Source of the DNA: Deltaproteobacteria bacterium
GTDB taxonomy: Bacteria; UBA10199; SPLOWO2-01-44-7
Direction of reading: 5' to 3'
Assembly (NCBI GenBank): GCA_023265595.1
Contig: JAHFSU010000004.1
Location: 1,667 to 65,666 of the forward strand
DNA: 64,000 nucleotides
Below the pieces are notes generated by a model that did no database searches, was not told the origin of the DNA, and saw only the letters and a list, made by a program, of their open reading frames with translations. Positions within the stretch are counted from its first letter, which is position 1. Each line of letters opens with the position of its first letter. This document shows positions 30,771 to 40,400 of the stretch, one piece after another. The translations under genes were made by a program, and so were the position numbers.

Positions 30771-32297
30771 TCAAAACTCTCCCTCCCGATCCAAGGAACG
30801 ATATTGAATGGCTTCCGCAATATGCTGTGTACTCATCATCTCTTTTCCTTCAAGATCCGCCACGGTACGAGCGATTTTTAGAATTTTATCATGGGCCCTG
30901 ACGGAGATTTTCAGAGCGGGGAACGTTTTACGAAAAAACCGCGCGGCTTCATCGGTCATCGGACAATAATGACGCAGCCATTTTGCCGGAATCTGCGCGT
31001 TACAAACAATTTTTAAATCTTTGAAACGCGGATATTGAAATTCCCGCGCCCGCAAAACTCTCTCCAAAATCTGCATCGATTTTTCATTAGGGATATTATC
31101 AAAAATGTCCTTTTCTGTTGGAACGGTGACCTCAACATGAAGATCGATCCGGTCCAAAAGAGGGCCAGAAATTTTGCGCCGATATTGAAAAACATGTCCC
31201 GGCGCGCAAACACAATGACGATGCGGATGTCCGAGATAGCCGCATTTGCAAGGATTCAGCGCCGCAATCATTTGAAAACGGGCCGGCAGTTTGAGCCTCC
31301 CTTTGGCGCGTGTGATCGTGACAAAACCCGATTCGAGCGGTTGCCGGAGCATCTGCAAACTATCCCGGCGGAATTCGGGCAGCTCATCCAAAAACAAAAC
31401 GCCGTTGTGCGCCAATGTAATTTCTCCGGGCGCCAACAGGCCATCGCCGCCACCGATCAATCCGGCATAAGAAATAGAGTGGTGTGGCGAACGAATAGGC
31501 GGCGTGTCAATCAGCGGACGCTGGGGATCCAGCAAACCTAAGGCACTATAAATTTTGCTTGTTTCAAAAATTTGTTCTTCGGTCAGTATGGGCAAAATCA
31601 TCGGGAAACGATTGGCAAGCATTGTTTTACCGGAGCCCGGCGGCCCCATCATGATCATATGATGCCCTCCCGCCGCAGCAATCTCCAAACCCCTTTTGGC
31701 AAATACCTGTCCCTTGACATCACTCAAATCGAGACGTTCTGCTTCTGTCCCTTTTATTTTTTCGAAAACCGGTTCCATCGATGGCCGTTTTTGATGCTGA
31801 ATAAATTCTAAAACTTCCGCAATATGGACACAGCCGATAACCTCAACTTCCTTTATCAAACGCGCTTCTTGCGCATTGGCTTTGGGACAAATCAACGCCT
31901 CGATTTTTTTCTGTCGCGCCAAAAGAGAAAAAAGGAGGGTTCCTTGGATGGATTTTAATTCACCGGTTAACGAGAGCTCCCCGACAAACAAAAATGAGGT
32001 CAACGGTTTTTGCAACACACCATGCGCTGCCAGAAGCGCAAAGGCTATGGGCAAGTCATACTGAGTCCCGCTTTTTTTCTGTGTGGCGGGCGCCAGATTG
32101 ATGGTGGTTTTGCGTGCTTCTAAATGAATACCGCTATTGCGAAGAGCGGCATGAACTCGGTCCCTAGATTCTTGCACCCCCTTTTCCGGCAGCCCCACCA
32201 TTTGCCAAGATGGAAGACCATTGGCAATATCGACCTCCACTTTTATCAAAGAGGCCTCAAAACCAAAAATGCCTGCAGAGTAAGTCGTTCCAATCAT
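30771..32297 (-). CDS. YifB/ComM family Mg-chelatase-like AAA+ ATPase
   Basis: Start MIGTTYSAGIFGFEASLIKVEVDIANGLP (ATG 32297). Walker A GPPGSGKTMLA, Walker B FLDELPEF, and the C-terminal helix conserved in ComM. Confidence 0.85.
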   Translation of the reverse strand: MIGTTYSAGIFGFEASLIKVEVDIANGLPSWQMVGLPEKGVQESRDRVHAALRNSGIHLEARKTTINLAPATQKKSGTQYDLPIAFALLAAHGVLQKPLTSFLFVGELSLTGELKSIQGTLLFSLLARQKKIEALICPKANAQEARLIKEVEVIGCVHIAEVLEFIQHQKRPSMEPVFEKIKGTEAERLDLSDVKGQVFAKRGLEIAAAGGHHMIMMGPPGSGKTMLANRFPMILPILTEEQIFETSKIYSALGLLDPQRPLIDTPPIRSPHHSISYAGLIGGGDGLLAPGEITLAHNGVLFLDELPEFRRDSLQMLRQPLESGFVTITRAKGRLKLPARFQMIAALNPCKCGYLGHPHRHCVCAPGHVFQYRRKISGPLLDRIDLHVEVTVPTEKDIFDNIPNEKSMQILERVLRAREFQYPRFKDLKIVCNAQIPAKWLRHYCPMTDEAARFFRKTFPALKISVRAHDKILKIARTVADLEGKEMMSTQHIAEAIQYRSLDREGEF

Positions 32298-32423
32298 GAT
32301 TGCTGAGTATGCAAACGGTGTGCCGACTTTTTCGCCCACTGATTTTCTGTGGGGATAATCTTGGGTGCCGTTTTTCGTACACAGGTGCCGAAAATCGTCT
32401 ATTTCAATAGACAGGAACACAAA

Positions 32424-32540
32424 ACTTTAGTCCGTCTGATTCAATTTTTGATTCAATTTTTTAACTTTAGTGAGTCTGCTTTAGTTGACGAACCTCTCTG
32501 AACCCGCTAGTTAGTCCGTCTGGTTTTAGTCCGTCTGAAA
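32424..32540. promoter_or_regulatory. four direct repeats of TTTAGTCCGTCTG upstream of the tolC-RND operon
   Basis: TTTAGTCCGTCTGATT (32426), the degenerate TTTAGTGAGTCTGCTT (32466), GTTAGTCCGTCTGGTT (32510) and TTTAGTCCGTCTGAAA (32525). The core is the reverse complement of the locally over-represented CAGACGGACT. Confidence 0.45.
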
Positions 32541-32548
32541 TTTCTTTA

Positions 32549-33832
32549 ATGATTAAAAGAACTTTTGCCATCATTTTGTTTCTTGTTGCATGTAATATGA
32601 AGGGTTCTACATTTGCTCAAACACCCTCCCCCATTACTCTACGAAATTGTTTTGAGAAAGCTTTGGAAGTGAGTGAAAGGGTCGCCATCCAAGAATCACA
32701 AATTCGGGCAGCCGAAGCAAAATATGGACAGGCGTTGGCAGCCATCCTTCCCAATGTCCATTTTATTGCAACGGAATTTTTGCAAGATGACTCTGCACAA
32801 CAACTCGGCGCCGGACAAATTGGAACCACGCTTACCCGTTTCTCAACGCCAACGGCAAAATTGAACGCCAAACAGCCCCTATTTAATGGTTTACGCGAAT
32901 ATTATGCCCTTTCCGTAGTCCATTCTCAAAAAAGACAAAATAAAGCCGAATGGGAAAATGCCAAAAGAAAATTGTTTGTCGATGTCGCCAATGCTTTTTA
33001 CACCGTTATCCAATTGGAAAAAGATTTGGAATTGGCCAAGGCCATTACAAAAACACTAAAAAGACGCCTCAAAGAGTCGATCACGAGAATGGACCTTGGC
33101 AAAGCCAGGGCCTCAGAAAAAATGAACACCGAATCCGAATTAGCGATTGCGGAAGCGGCCGCTAGCGAAACAGAAGGGGGACTTGCCGCGGCCAAAGAAG
33201 TTTTGGCTTTTTTCATCGGTCCTTACAATGCACCTCTGCTAGATGACGTAGAAATCCCGTCTGCGCCTAAAGAAGAAGATTTCGTTCTCAAATCCGACGA
33301 AAACCGTCCCGATATTGTCGCCGCAAAAGAAGCGGCATTTAGTTCGCGTCAAAAATTAAAAATCGAAAAGGGGGCTTTTTTTCCCACCATTAATGCGGAA
33401 GCAAATTATTATGCTTATCGTGTCGGATTTCAAAAGGATATCAAATGGGACGCCCTCTTTACACTCGATTTCTCGATTTTTGAGGGGGGAAAAACGAGGG
33501 CCAAAATTCAGGAGGCCAAAATTTTGTTAAAGCAAGCAGAGCTGGAACTCGATGAAAAACGACGCAATGCCAATCTCGAAATCAAAAAAGCCTATGAGGC
33601 CTTCACTCATGGACAAAAGCAAAGTGAAGCCTTTAAAATAGCGGAAACAAAGGGTGAAGAAAATTATCGGGTATCCTTAAAAGATTACCAGTTGGGATTA
33701 ATCAACAATCTTGAATTACTGGAAGTGTTGAGAAGTCTACAAAATGTCAGACGGACTTACAACCGAGTTTGGTTGCAGACCAAAATGGATTATCTCAATT
33801 TGAAGGCGAAAGCCGGAAAACCGTTGCTATGA
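32549..33832 (+). CDS. TolC-family outer membrane efflux protein
   Basis: Signal peptide, then two coiled-coil/beta-barrel repeats with an OMF-type N-terminus ..ITLRNCFEKALEVSERVAIQES..LPNV... Confidence 0.8.
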   Translation: MIKRTFAIILFLVACNMKGSTFAQTPSPITLRNCFEKALEVSERVAIQESQIRAAEAKYGQALAAILPNVHFIATEFLQDDSAQQLGAGQIGTTLTRFSTPTAKLNAKQPLFNGLREYYALSVVHSQKRQNKAEWENAKRKLFVDVANAFYTVIQLEKDLELAKAITKTLKRRLKESITRMDLGKARASEKMNTESELAIAEAAASETEGGLAAAKEVLAFFIGPYNAPLLDDVEIPSAPKEEDFVLKSDENRPDIVAAKEAAFSSRQKLKIEKGAFFPTINAEANYYAYRVGFQKDIKWDALFTLDFSIFEGGKTRAKIQEAKILLKQAELELDEKRRNANLEIKKAYEAFTHGQKQSEAFKIAETKGEENYRVSLKDYQLGLINNLELLEVLRSLQNVRRTYNRVWLQTKMDYLNLKAKAGKPLL

Positions 33833-36800
33833 ATATTTCTGAAATTTCGATACGCAACCCCGTTTTTGCTTGGATGTTGATGATCGGGCTTATTTTTTTT
33901 GGATTTATCAGTTTTAGCCAAATGGGGGTCTCTGAAATGCCCGATGTCGATTTTCCCGTTGTCACCATTCATACCACACTGGAAGGAGCGGCTCCCGAAG
34001 TCATGGAGACCGATGTGGTGGATGTGATCGAAGATGCGGTCACCGGTATTCAGGGAATACGCAATCTCTCCTCAACCGCCAGACAGGGAATGGCAACGGT
34101 GAGCGTTGAATTTGAACTCGATAAAAATATTGATGTGGCTGTTCAAGAGATCGATTCCAAAGTGACCCAAGCAGTAAAAAATCTTCCCAAAGAGATGGAC
34201 CCCCCTATTGTTACCAAAACCAATCCGGAAGATCAGCCGATCCTGTGGCTTTCTCTCTCCGGAAACCGTCCTCTCCCCTTCATGATGCAATACACAAGGG
34301 ATCATCTCAAAGATCAGTTTCAGACAGTGGCCGGCGTTGGCGATATTTTTCTGGGCGGGTTCATCGAACCTAATTTAAGGGTCTGGATCGATCAAAAAAA
34401 GCTGGAAGAATATGAGTTAACTGTTCAAGATATCATCAACGCTATCAATACAGAACATATCGAACTCCCTGCCGGCAGAATTGAAACAGACAAGACGGAG
34501 TTAAATGTCCGAGCCATGGGAGAAGCCATAACCCCGGAAGAATTTGGCAATATTGTGATTCCAAAACGGGGGGGAGTCCCGATTTATAAACCGATTTACT
34601 TAAAAGAGGTCGCCCATATTGAGGAGGGTCTTAATGACGTGCGCCGCATTTCAAGGACAAATGGGGAGCCCGCTGTTGGCTTAGGGATTCGGAAACAGCG
34701 GGGATCCAATTCCGTAGCCGTAGCGACCCGTGTCAAACAAAAGCTCTTGGAATTACAAAAACTTTTGCCAGACGGACTAAAATTAAATGTCAATTTTGAC
34801 AGCACCCGATTTATTCAAGACTCGGTCAACGAACTCAAATTTACTCTCTTTTTGGCAGCCCTTTTGACCTCTGTAGTTTGTTGGCTTTTTTTGGGTTCAT
34901 GGAGTTCCACCATCAATATATTAATGGCCATTCCGACATCGATCGTTGGAACATTCATTGCCCTTTTCTTTCTAGGCTATACTCTCAACACATTTACCTT
35001 TTTGGGTTTAATCTTGGCCATTGGAATCGTTGTGGACGACGCCATCATGGTCCTCGAAAACATTTTTCGTCACCAAGAAAATGGAGAAGATAAATTCACC
35101 GCAGCGATCCGAGGATCCAAACAGATCACTTTTGCAGCCCTTGCCGCCACATTATCGGTTGTTGCTATTTTTATCCCCGTTGCTTTTATGAAGGGGGTTA
35201 TCGGAAAATTTTTTCTCCAATTCGGGGTTACAATGTCGGTAGCTGTTTTGCTCTCTCTTTTGGAAGCATTAACCCTGACACCCATGCGCTGTTCCCAATT
35301 TGTGGAAGCCGGTGCCAGAACCAGCCGCATTGGAAAGGCATCGGATACTTTCTTTAGGACTCTGAGCCTTCGTTATCATCGTTTTTTAAAAATCTGCCTG
35401 AATCACCGATGGAAAGTAGTCAGTTTATCGATGATGGTTTTCGTCCTCTCCCTGACGATTTTCGTTTTTTTGAGAAAAGAGTTTGTGCCGCCCCAGGACC
35501 AAAGCATGTTCTTGATCTCTTTTAAAACACCCGTCGGGTCTTCTATCGATTTTACTTCTGAAAAAGCCAAACAAATCGAGGACTTTCTTGCAAGACGGAC
35601 TGAAGTCTTGCGTTATTTCGTAGCCGTGGGTGGTTTTGGTGGAGGAGAGGTCAATCAGGGAATGGTTTTCATCACATTGAAGCAACCCAACGAAAGAAAA
35701 CTAACACAACAACAATTGATGTCCGTCTGCCGTGAATCTTTTAATAAAATTACGGATTTAAAAGTGTATTTAATGGATCTTTCTACTCGCGGATTTACAG
35801 CCAAGAGGGGTTTTCCAATTGAGTTTACAGTACGTGGTCCCAATTGGGAAAAACTCGTTGACCTATCCCAAACGATCCAAAAAAAGATGGAAAAAGAAAA
35901 AAAATATTTTACCGATGTCGACACCGATTATCTGGCGGATGTGCCTGAAATACATGTGGTACCCGACCGGGAAAAGGCAGCGGCAAGAGGTGTCAATATT
36001 GAAACAGTCAGCCAAACCATCAATGCACTGGTTGGCGGAATTCGAGCTGGAAAATTCAAACAAAATGGGAGGCGCATTGATATTCGAGTCCGTCTCGTTT
36101 CAGAAGCGAGGAATAAGCCGGAAGATATCAAACAGTTATGGATACGAAATAACCAAGGCGAGATGGTCCAGTTAGGAGATGTTGTCAAAATCGAACAGGT
36201 ACCGACTTTGTTAACGATTACTCGAGAAGATCGAGAAAGAGCCATCAGCGTCTTTGCCAATGTAACTCCCGGAGCTTCACAAGCAGACGGACTGAATGAA
36301 GTGCAAAAAATTGCAGCTCAAATTTTGCCAGAAGGTTATCATATTGTCCTGACCGGCTCCGCGGAAACATTCAAAGAATCCTTTCAAAACCTATTCTTTG
36401 CGCTCTATCTTGGCATTGTTGTGGCTTACATGATTTTAGCCAGCCAGTTTAATTCCTTTTTACACCCATTTACCGTTTTACTGGCTCTTCCTTTTAGCAT
36501 TTCTGGAGCCGCCCTTGCGCTTTTTATTACCGGAAACTCTCTGAATATTTTCAGTATGATCGGCATTATTTTATTGATGGGAATTGTGAAGAAAAATTCC
36601 ATTTTGTTAGTTGATTTTACAAATCAACGAAGAAAAGACGGACTGAATGTAAAAGAGGCTCTACTGGAAGCATGTCCTATTCGCCTGCGTCCCATTTTGA
36701 TGACTTCCATAGCTACTATCGCTGCAGCCATTCCGCCTGCCCTGGCTCTAGGACCAGGTGCTGAGGCAAGAGTTCCCATGGCCGCTGCTGTTATCGGTGG

Positions 36801-36906
36801 TGTTTTCTTATCTACACTTTTGACTCTTTTTGTTGTTCCTTGTGCCTATAGCCTTCTCTCTCACCGGGAAAAACAAGACGAACGACGAAAAGAAGACAGT
36901 CCCTGA
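33829..36906 (+). CDS. RND (HAE1/AcrB-like) efflux pump
   Basis: About 1025 aa with 12 TM segments and two large periplasmic loops. Start MNISEISIRNPVFAWMLMIGL overlaps the tolC stop as ATGA. Classic AcrB blocks are present. Confidence 0.9.
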   Translation: MNISEISIRNPVFAWMLMIGLIFFGFISFSQMGVSEMPDVDFPVVTIHTTLEGAAPEVMETDVVDVIEDAVTGIQGIRNLSSTARQGMATVSVEFELDKNIDVAVQEIDSKVTQAVKNLPKEMDPPIVTKTNPEDQPILWLSLSGNRPLPFMMQYTRDHLKDQFQTVAGVGDIFLGGFIEPNLRVWIDQKKLEEYELTVQDIINAINTEHIELPAGRIETDKTELNVRAMGEAITPEEFGNIVIPKRGGVPIYKPIYLKEVAHIEEGLNDVRRISRTNGEPAVGLGIRKQRGSNSVAVATRVKQKLLELQKLLPDGLKLNVNFDSTRFIQDSVNELKFTLFLAALLTSVVCWLFLGSWSSTINILMAIPTSIVGTFIALFFLGYTLNTFTFLGLILAIGIVVDDAIMVLENIFRHQENGEDKFTAAIRGSKQITFAALAATLSVVAIFIPVAFMKGVIGKFFLQFGVTMSVAVLLSLLEALTLTPMRCSQFVEAGARTSRIGKASDTFFRTLSLRYHRFLKICLNHRWKVVSLSMMVFVLSLTIFVFLRKEFVPPQDQSMFLISFKTPVGSSIDFTSEKAKQIEDFLARRTEVLRYFVAVGGFGGGEVNQGMVFITLKQPNERKLTQQQLMSVCRESFNKITDLKVYLMDLSTRGFTAKRGFPIEFTVRGPNWEKLVDLSQTIQKKMEKEKKYFTDVDTDYLADVPEIHVVPDREKAAARGVNIETVSQTINALVGGIRAGKFKQNGRRIDIRVRLVSEARNKPEDIKQLWIRNNQGEMVQLGDVVKIEQVPTLLTITREDRERAISVFANVTPGASQADGLNEVQKIAAQILPEGYHIVLTGSAETFKESFQNLFFALYLGIVVAYMILASQFNSFLHPFTVLLALPFSISGAALALFITGNSLNIFSMIGIILLMGIVKKNSILLVDFTNQRRKDGLNVKEALLEACPIRLRPILMTSIATIAAAIPPALALGPGAEARVPMAAAVIGGVFLSTLLTLFVVPCAYSLLSHREKQDERRKEDSP

Positions 36907-36985
36907 CCAAATACGTCCGTCTGAAATCTCTGAGATCAATTTAATTTCTTTTATGCTTGGCATATCTCTTGCATTGATTTTTAGC

Positions 36986-37705
36986 ATGTCGTATCGCGCT
37001 CGATATGAAATTATCTGGGATGGCGCTACTTTTCACGTCACATGGCAATGCCATAACCATTCCTGGCTTATGCAATACGACTGGGCCAAACAGCTCTATT
37101 ATGATTTATTGCTGAAATATAAAAACAAATATGGTGTCAGTTTTTATTCTCACCACTTTATGGACAATCACGTCCATCTTTCCGGGAAAATAAATAAAAC
37201 AAAAGAGGAGTTTTCAGCACTATTCCAAGTTGTCAATACCATTCTAGCTAAAAAAATAAATAAACGTCTAAAAAGAAGGGGGCAAGTCATTATGGATCGA
37301 TTTAAATCCCCATGTATTCAATCAGACAAAGATCAATTGGCGGTAATGACTTATCACGACTTGAATTCATGGAGAGCACAAAAAGTGAAACATCCCAAAG
37401 AATACCAATGGAGCTCTTATGGTTATTATGCTTATGGAAAAAAAGATCCATTGATCACTCCAGCCCCAGCCTATCTGGGCTTAGCTAATACAAATGAGGC
37501 AAGACAAAAAATCTATCGCAAACTAATAGCTTCTATTATGGAGGAAGAGGGTATAAAAAGAAAAAATTATTCCAGAGTTTATTATATTGGAGATCCAAAT
37601 TGGGTATTAGAAAGAAAAAAACGGCTCAAGGAAATAAAACAAATTAAGAGGGAAGCATTCCTCTTAAGACAAAAAAGACAGATATATGCACAGGCACCGC
37701 CTTAA
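36986..37705 (+). CDS. REP-associated tyrosine transposase (RAYT, IS200/Y1 HuH family)
   Basis: Start MSYRARYEIIWDGATFHVTWQCHNH. HuH motif FMDNHVHLSG. C-terminal motif YHDLNSW...EYQWSSYGYY, the Y-x-W-S-S signature of RAYTs. Short (239 aa), single copy, no terminal IS inverted repeats. Confidence 0.75.
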   Translation: MSYRARYEIIWDGATFHVTWQCHNHSWLMQYDWAKQLYYDLLLKYKNKYGVSFYSHHFMDNHVHLSGKINKTKEEFSALFQVVNTILAKKINKRLKRRGQVIMDRFKSPCIQSDKDQLAVMTYHDLNSWRAQKVKHPKEYQWSSYGYYAYGKKDPLITPAPAYLGLANTNEARQKIYRKLIASIMEEEGIKRKNYSRVYYIGDPNWVLERKKRLKEIKQIKREAFLLRQKRQIYAQAPP

Positions 37706-37875
37706 ATTCCATTTTTTACTAAGGATAAAACAAAAATAAAAACCAAAAAAGCTGTTATTTGTACACGTGTATTATTATCCCCATTCTACAGCTATCCTCG
37801 ACCGTCAAAAAATGCTACTTCCAATTTTTATCAAAAGTTATAAGGTTCCCTCTATATAATGCTTAAATAATTTTC

Positions 37876-40356
37876 ATGATTTCCTGGATTATTCTTCCAT
37901 CTGAAAAAGCCGCAGAACGGATAAGACGGACATCCTTTTCCCAATCGAACCAATCCGTTTGGTTGGGAGAGACCTTTTTTTCTCTTCAGCATTTTTTAAA
38001 TAAGCTATCTGGCTCCCACACCAACCTTCTCAAGAAAAGCCTGCAAAAACATCTATTGGCCCATTGTCTTAAACAGCATCCGCTCAAATATTTTGAGAAG
38101 CAAAGACACCTCGGCTACTTGACTACTATTTTTATGACAGCCATTCACCGTCTAAAACAGGCAGATTTAAAACCAGACGGACTAAAAGAGAGGCTAAAAG
38201 AGAGCGGATCCCTCAAAGAATATGATCTTTTGATCACTTATCAGCGCTATGAAGAACTCAAGACAAAACTCGGCTGTATTGATAGCGAAGATCAATATGC
38301 ATCCGCTGTGGCAAACCTCAACAATCCCGAAAACCCATTAAAAATGATAACATCCATCACCTTTCAAGATTTTGACGAAGAACCAGACGGACTGAAAAAA
38401 TTGCTCCACAACATCGCCCAAAACTACCCCCAAATCCATATCGATTTCCAAAAAATTCCGACACAAGAAGCACCACGTCCATCAAACAATCCGCAACCGA
38501 CACCGGTCCAACTCTTTTCTCTCCCCACACCCCATCAAGAGAGCCATTGGTTTGTAAGGCAGCTTGAAAAAATCGCTTCCGACACAACAAAAACGAACGA
38601 TATCGGTATTTTGATGTCGGGCCCTGCCGGCTATTACGAATTCGTCTGGAAACTTTTGCAACAGATGCAGTTGACAGAAGGCCCCTACCCCTTCTCTAGT
38701 TGGCACGAAAGGCCGGAAGGGCGTTCCGTTCTGGAAGAGGCGGCGCAATTAAATCTCGAAAAGGCCACATTGACCGAATATCTTTCAGAACTGGTTCAAA
38801 AAATCCCTGTAGAAAATCCCCTCTTCGAATTTCTGGAGTCCTTTTATTTTCAGGAACACATTTTAAGCCTCGGCCATCTCTCGCACTCGGAATGGCTTTT
38901 GTGGCTCCACGAAGCGCTGGAGGAAAAACCGAAGCGGTCGGTTCCCGAATCGCTGCAGGGAATCCAATGGCTTCTCTTTGGCGAAAGAGATTATCCTCAT
39001 TTGGAATATCTTTGGGTTCCCAATTTAACGGAAGGCGCCTTTCCTCTGCAAGCGCCACAGGTTTTTTTTCAAGAGATGAAAGATCGGGGTCGGCCCGAAT
39101 GGAAACCGATTTGTGCAGCATTTCCGGACCCGCAAAAGTCCTTTGAACGACAATACAAAATGTTCCACCACACCCTGTCCCACACACACAAAACCACATG
39201 GCTCACTTTCCCTAGAATGGATAGTCTCGGTGGAGACCAATCCCCCTCTCCGTTCACATGGGATTTTGGCGAGCCCCAAAATGTCGAAACAAAATCGCCG
39301 TCATTTTTCGGCAATAATGAGGAAAAAATCCGAATCGATAAAAAATGGAAAATCGAACGGGAAAGACTCGACAACCATCTCGAAACAAAAGCGTTCCATA
39401 CCGAATTGGGGACCATACCCCTGCCGCCAAACCATATTTTCAGCCCTTCACAGCTGGAGACCTACGCTGAATGCCCGTTTAAATATTACTCACGAAAGAT
39501 CCTGAACATCCCTCAAATCAAAGAGCATTCGCCGGAGCTGGATCCCGATGATAAAGGAACACTTTTTCACAATTGCCTCGAGGCATTGCTGCGTCAGGAA
39601 GGAAAACTGTATGCGGAAGCCAGAAACAACCGTAAAAAAGAAGACGAACTGTATCTGAAATTAAAAGCGACGGTCGAAAAAGTTTTTCAGGAGTCGGCAA
39701 AGGAACTCTGCTATGCGCATCCGGAACTCTACCAGCGCCTGAAAGAGAAAACCATGGCACAGGCCGTGCAACTACTCGGAAATGAACTCGAAGAATCACG
39801 AAAATTGGAAAAACCTCTGACCCCAACCTATTTTGAATGGACATTTGGTCCCTCACCGGAAGAGGCCCTCCGAATTGAGGCACAAGATAAAAAAGAACCG
39901 ATCCAAATTGGTGGACGCATCGACCGAATCGATTGCGATACAAATTCCAAATCATTTATGGTGCTGGATTACAAAACTGGTTCCATCAGCGGATTCAAAG
40001 ACAAATTGATGGAAGGATTGTCGCTGCAGCTCCCGATTTATCTTTTAGCCGTAAAAAAATTATTGCTCCCCGATTATCAAATCGTCGGCGGCATGCTCCT
40101 CTCCACCCGTTCCGGAAAAAAGGAGGCGGGATTGGTCGACAATCAATTTAATGAACAGCATTATCAATTGGGAAAAAGATCCGGCGCTCTCATGGATTCG
40201 GAAAAATTAGAGGCAGTGATTCAATCCACGGTCGTGCACATTCAAAACTATGTCGCTCAAATGCGAAAAGGTTATTTTAGCGCGCAACCGAAAGATTGCA
40301 AAGTCCGCTGCGATTACAAAGAGATTTGTCGCTATGCCCACAAACCGTTTGCATAA
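37876..40356 (+). CDS. addB: AddB-like helicase-nuclease subunit (PD-(D/E)XK nuclease with C-terminal Fe-S cysteines)
   Basis: C-terminal RecB-type nuclease motifs GRIDRID...MVLDYKTG and the Cys cluster CPFKYY...C-x2-C-x5-C (CKVRCDYKEIC). Lies immediately upstream of a UvrD-type AddA gene. Confidence 0.7.
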   Translation: MISWIILPSEKAAERIRRTSFSQSNQSVWLGETFFSLQHFLNKLSGSHTNLLKKSLQKHLLAHCLKQHPLKYFEKQRHLGYLTTIFMTAIHRLKQADLKPDGLKERLKESGSLKEYDLLITYQRYEELKTKLGCIDSEDQYASAVANLNNPENPLKMITSITFQDFDEEPDGLKKLLHNIAQNYPQIHIDFQKIPTQEAPRPSNNPQPTPVQLFSLPTPHQESHWFVRQLEKIASDTTKTNDIGILMSGPAGYYEFVWKLLQQMQLTEGPYPFSSWHERPEGRSVLEEAAQLNLEKATLTEYLSELVQKIPVENPLFEFLESFYFQEHILSLGHLSHSEWLLWLHEALEEKPKRSVPESLQGIQWLLFGERDYPHLEYLWVPNLTEGAFPLQAPQVFFQEMKDRGRPEWKPICAAFPDPQKSFERQYKMFHHTLSHTHKTTWLTFPRMDSLGGDQSPSPFTWDFGEPQNVETKSPSFFGNNEEKIRIDKKWKIERERLDNHLETKAFHTELGTIPLPPNHIFSPSQLETYAECPFKYYSRKILNIPQIKEHSPELDPDDKGTLFHNCLEALLRQEGKLYAEARNNRKKEDELYLKLKATVEKVFQESAKELCYAHPELYQRLKEKTMAQAVQLLGNELEESRKLEKPLTPTYFEWTFGPSPEEALRIEAQDKKEPIQIGGRIDRIDCDTNSKSFMVLDYKTGSISGFKDKLMEGLSLQLPIYLLAVKKLLLPDYQIVGGMLLSTRSGKKEAGLVDNQFNEQHYQLGKRSGALMDSEKLEAVIQSTVVHIQNYVAQMRKGYFSAQPKDCKVRCDYKEICRYAHKPFA

Positions 40357-40365
40357 GGAGCTGGA

Positions 40366-40400
40366 TGCCTCGTTGTTTTTCACGAGGAATCCGGCTCCTT
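40366..40400. repeat. degenerate REP-like family-1 copy in the addB-addA spacer
   Basis: tgcctcgttgtttttcacgaggaatccggctcctt. Confidence 0.45.

Noticed and set aside
32424-32540. Possible CRISPR array (short direct repeats)
   Set aside because: Only four units, with unequal spacing (40, 44 and 14 bp) and one degenerate. The repeat is 13 nt, and the same motif also occurs scattered inside genes, so this is not a CRISPR array. No cas genes are in the window.
32531-32540. Neisserial DUS identity of TCCGTCTGAA
   Set aside because: It matches GCCGTCTGAA at 9 of 10 positions, but the first base differs and the motif here extends differently (AGTCCGTCTG). It is most likely coincidental and is kept only as a note within the motif finding.
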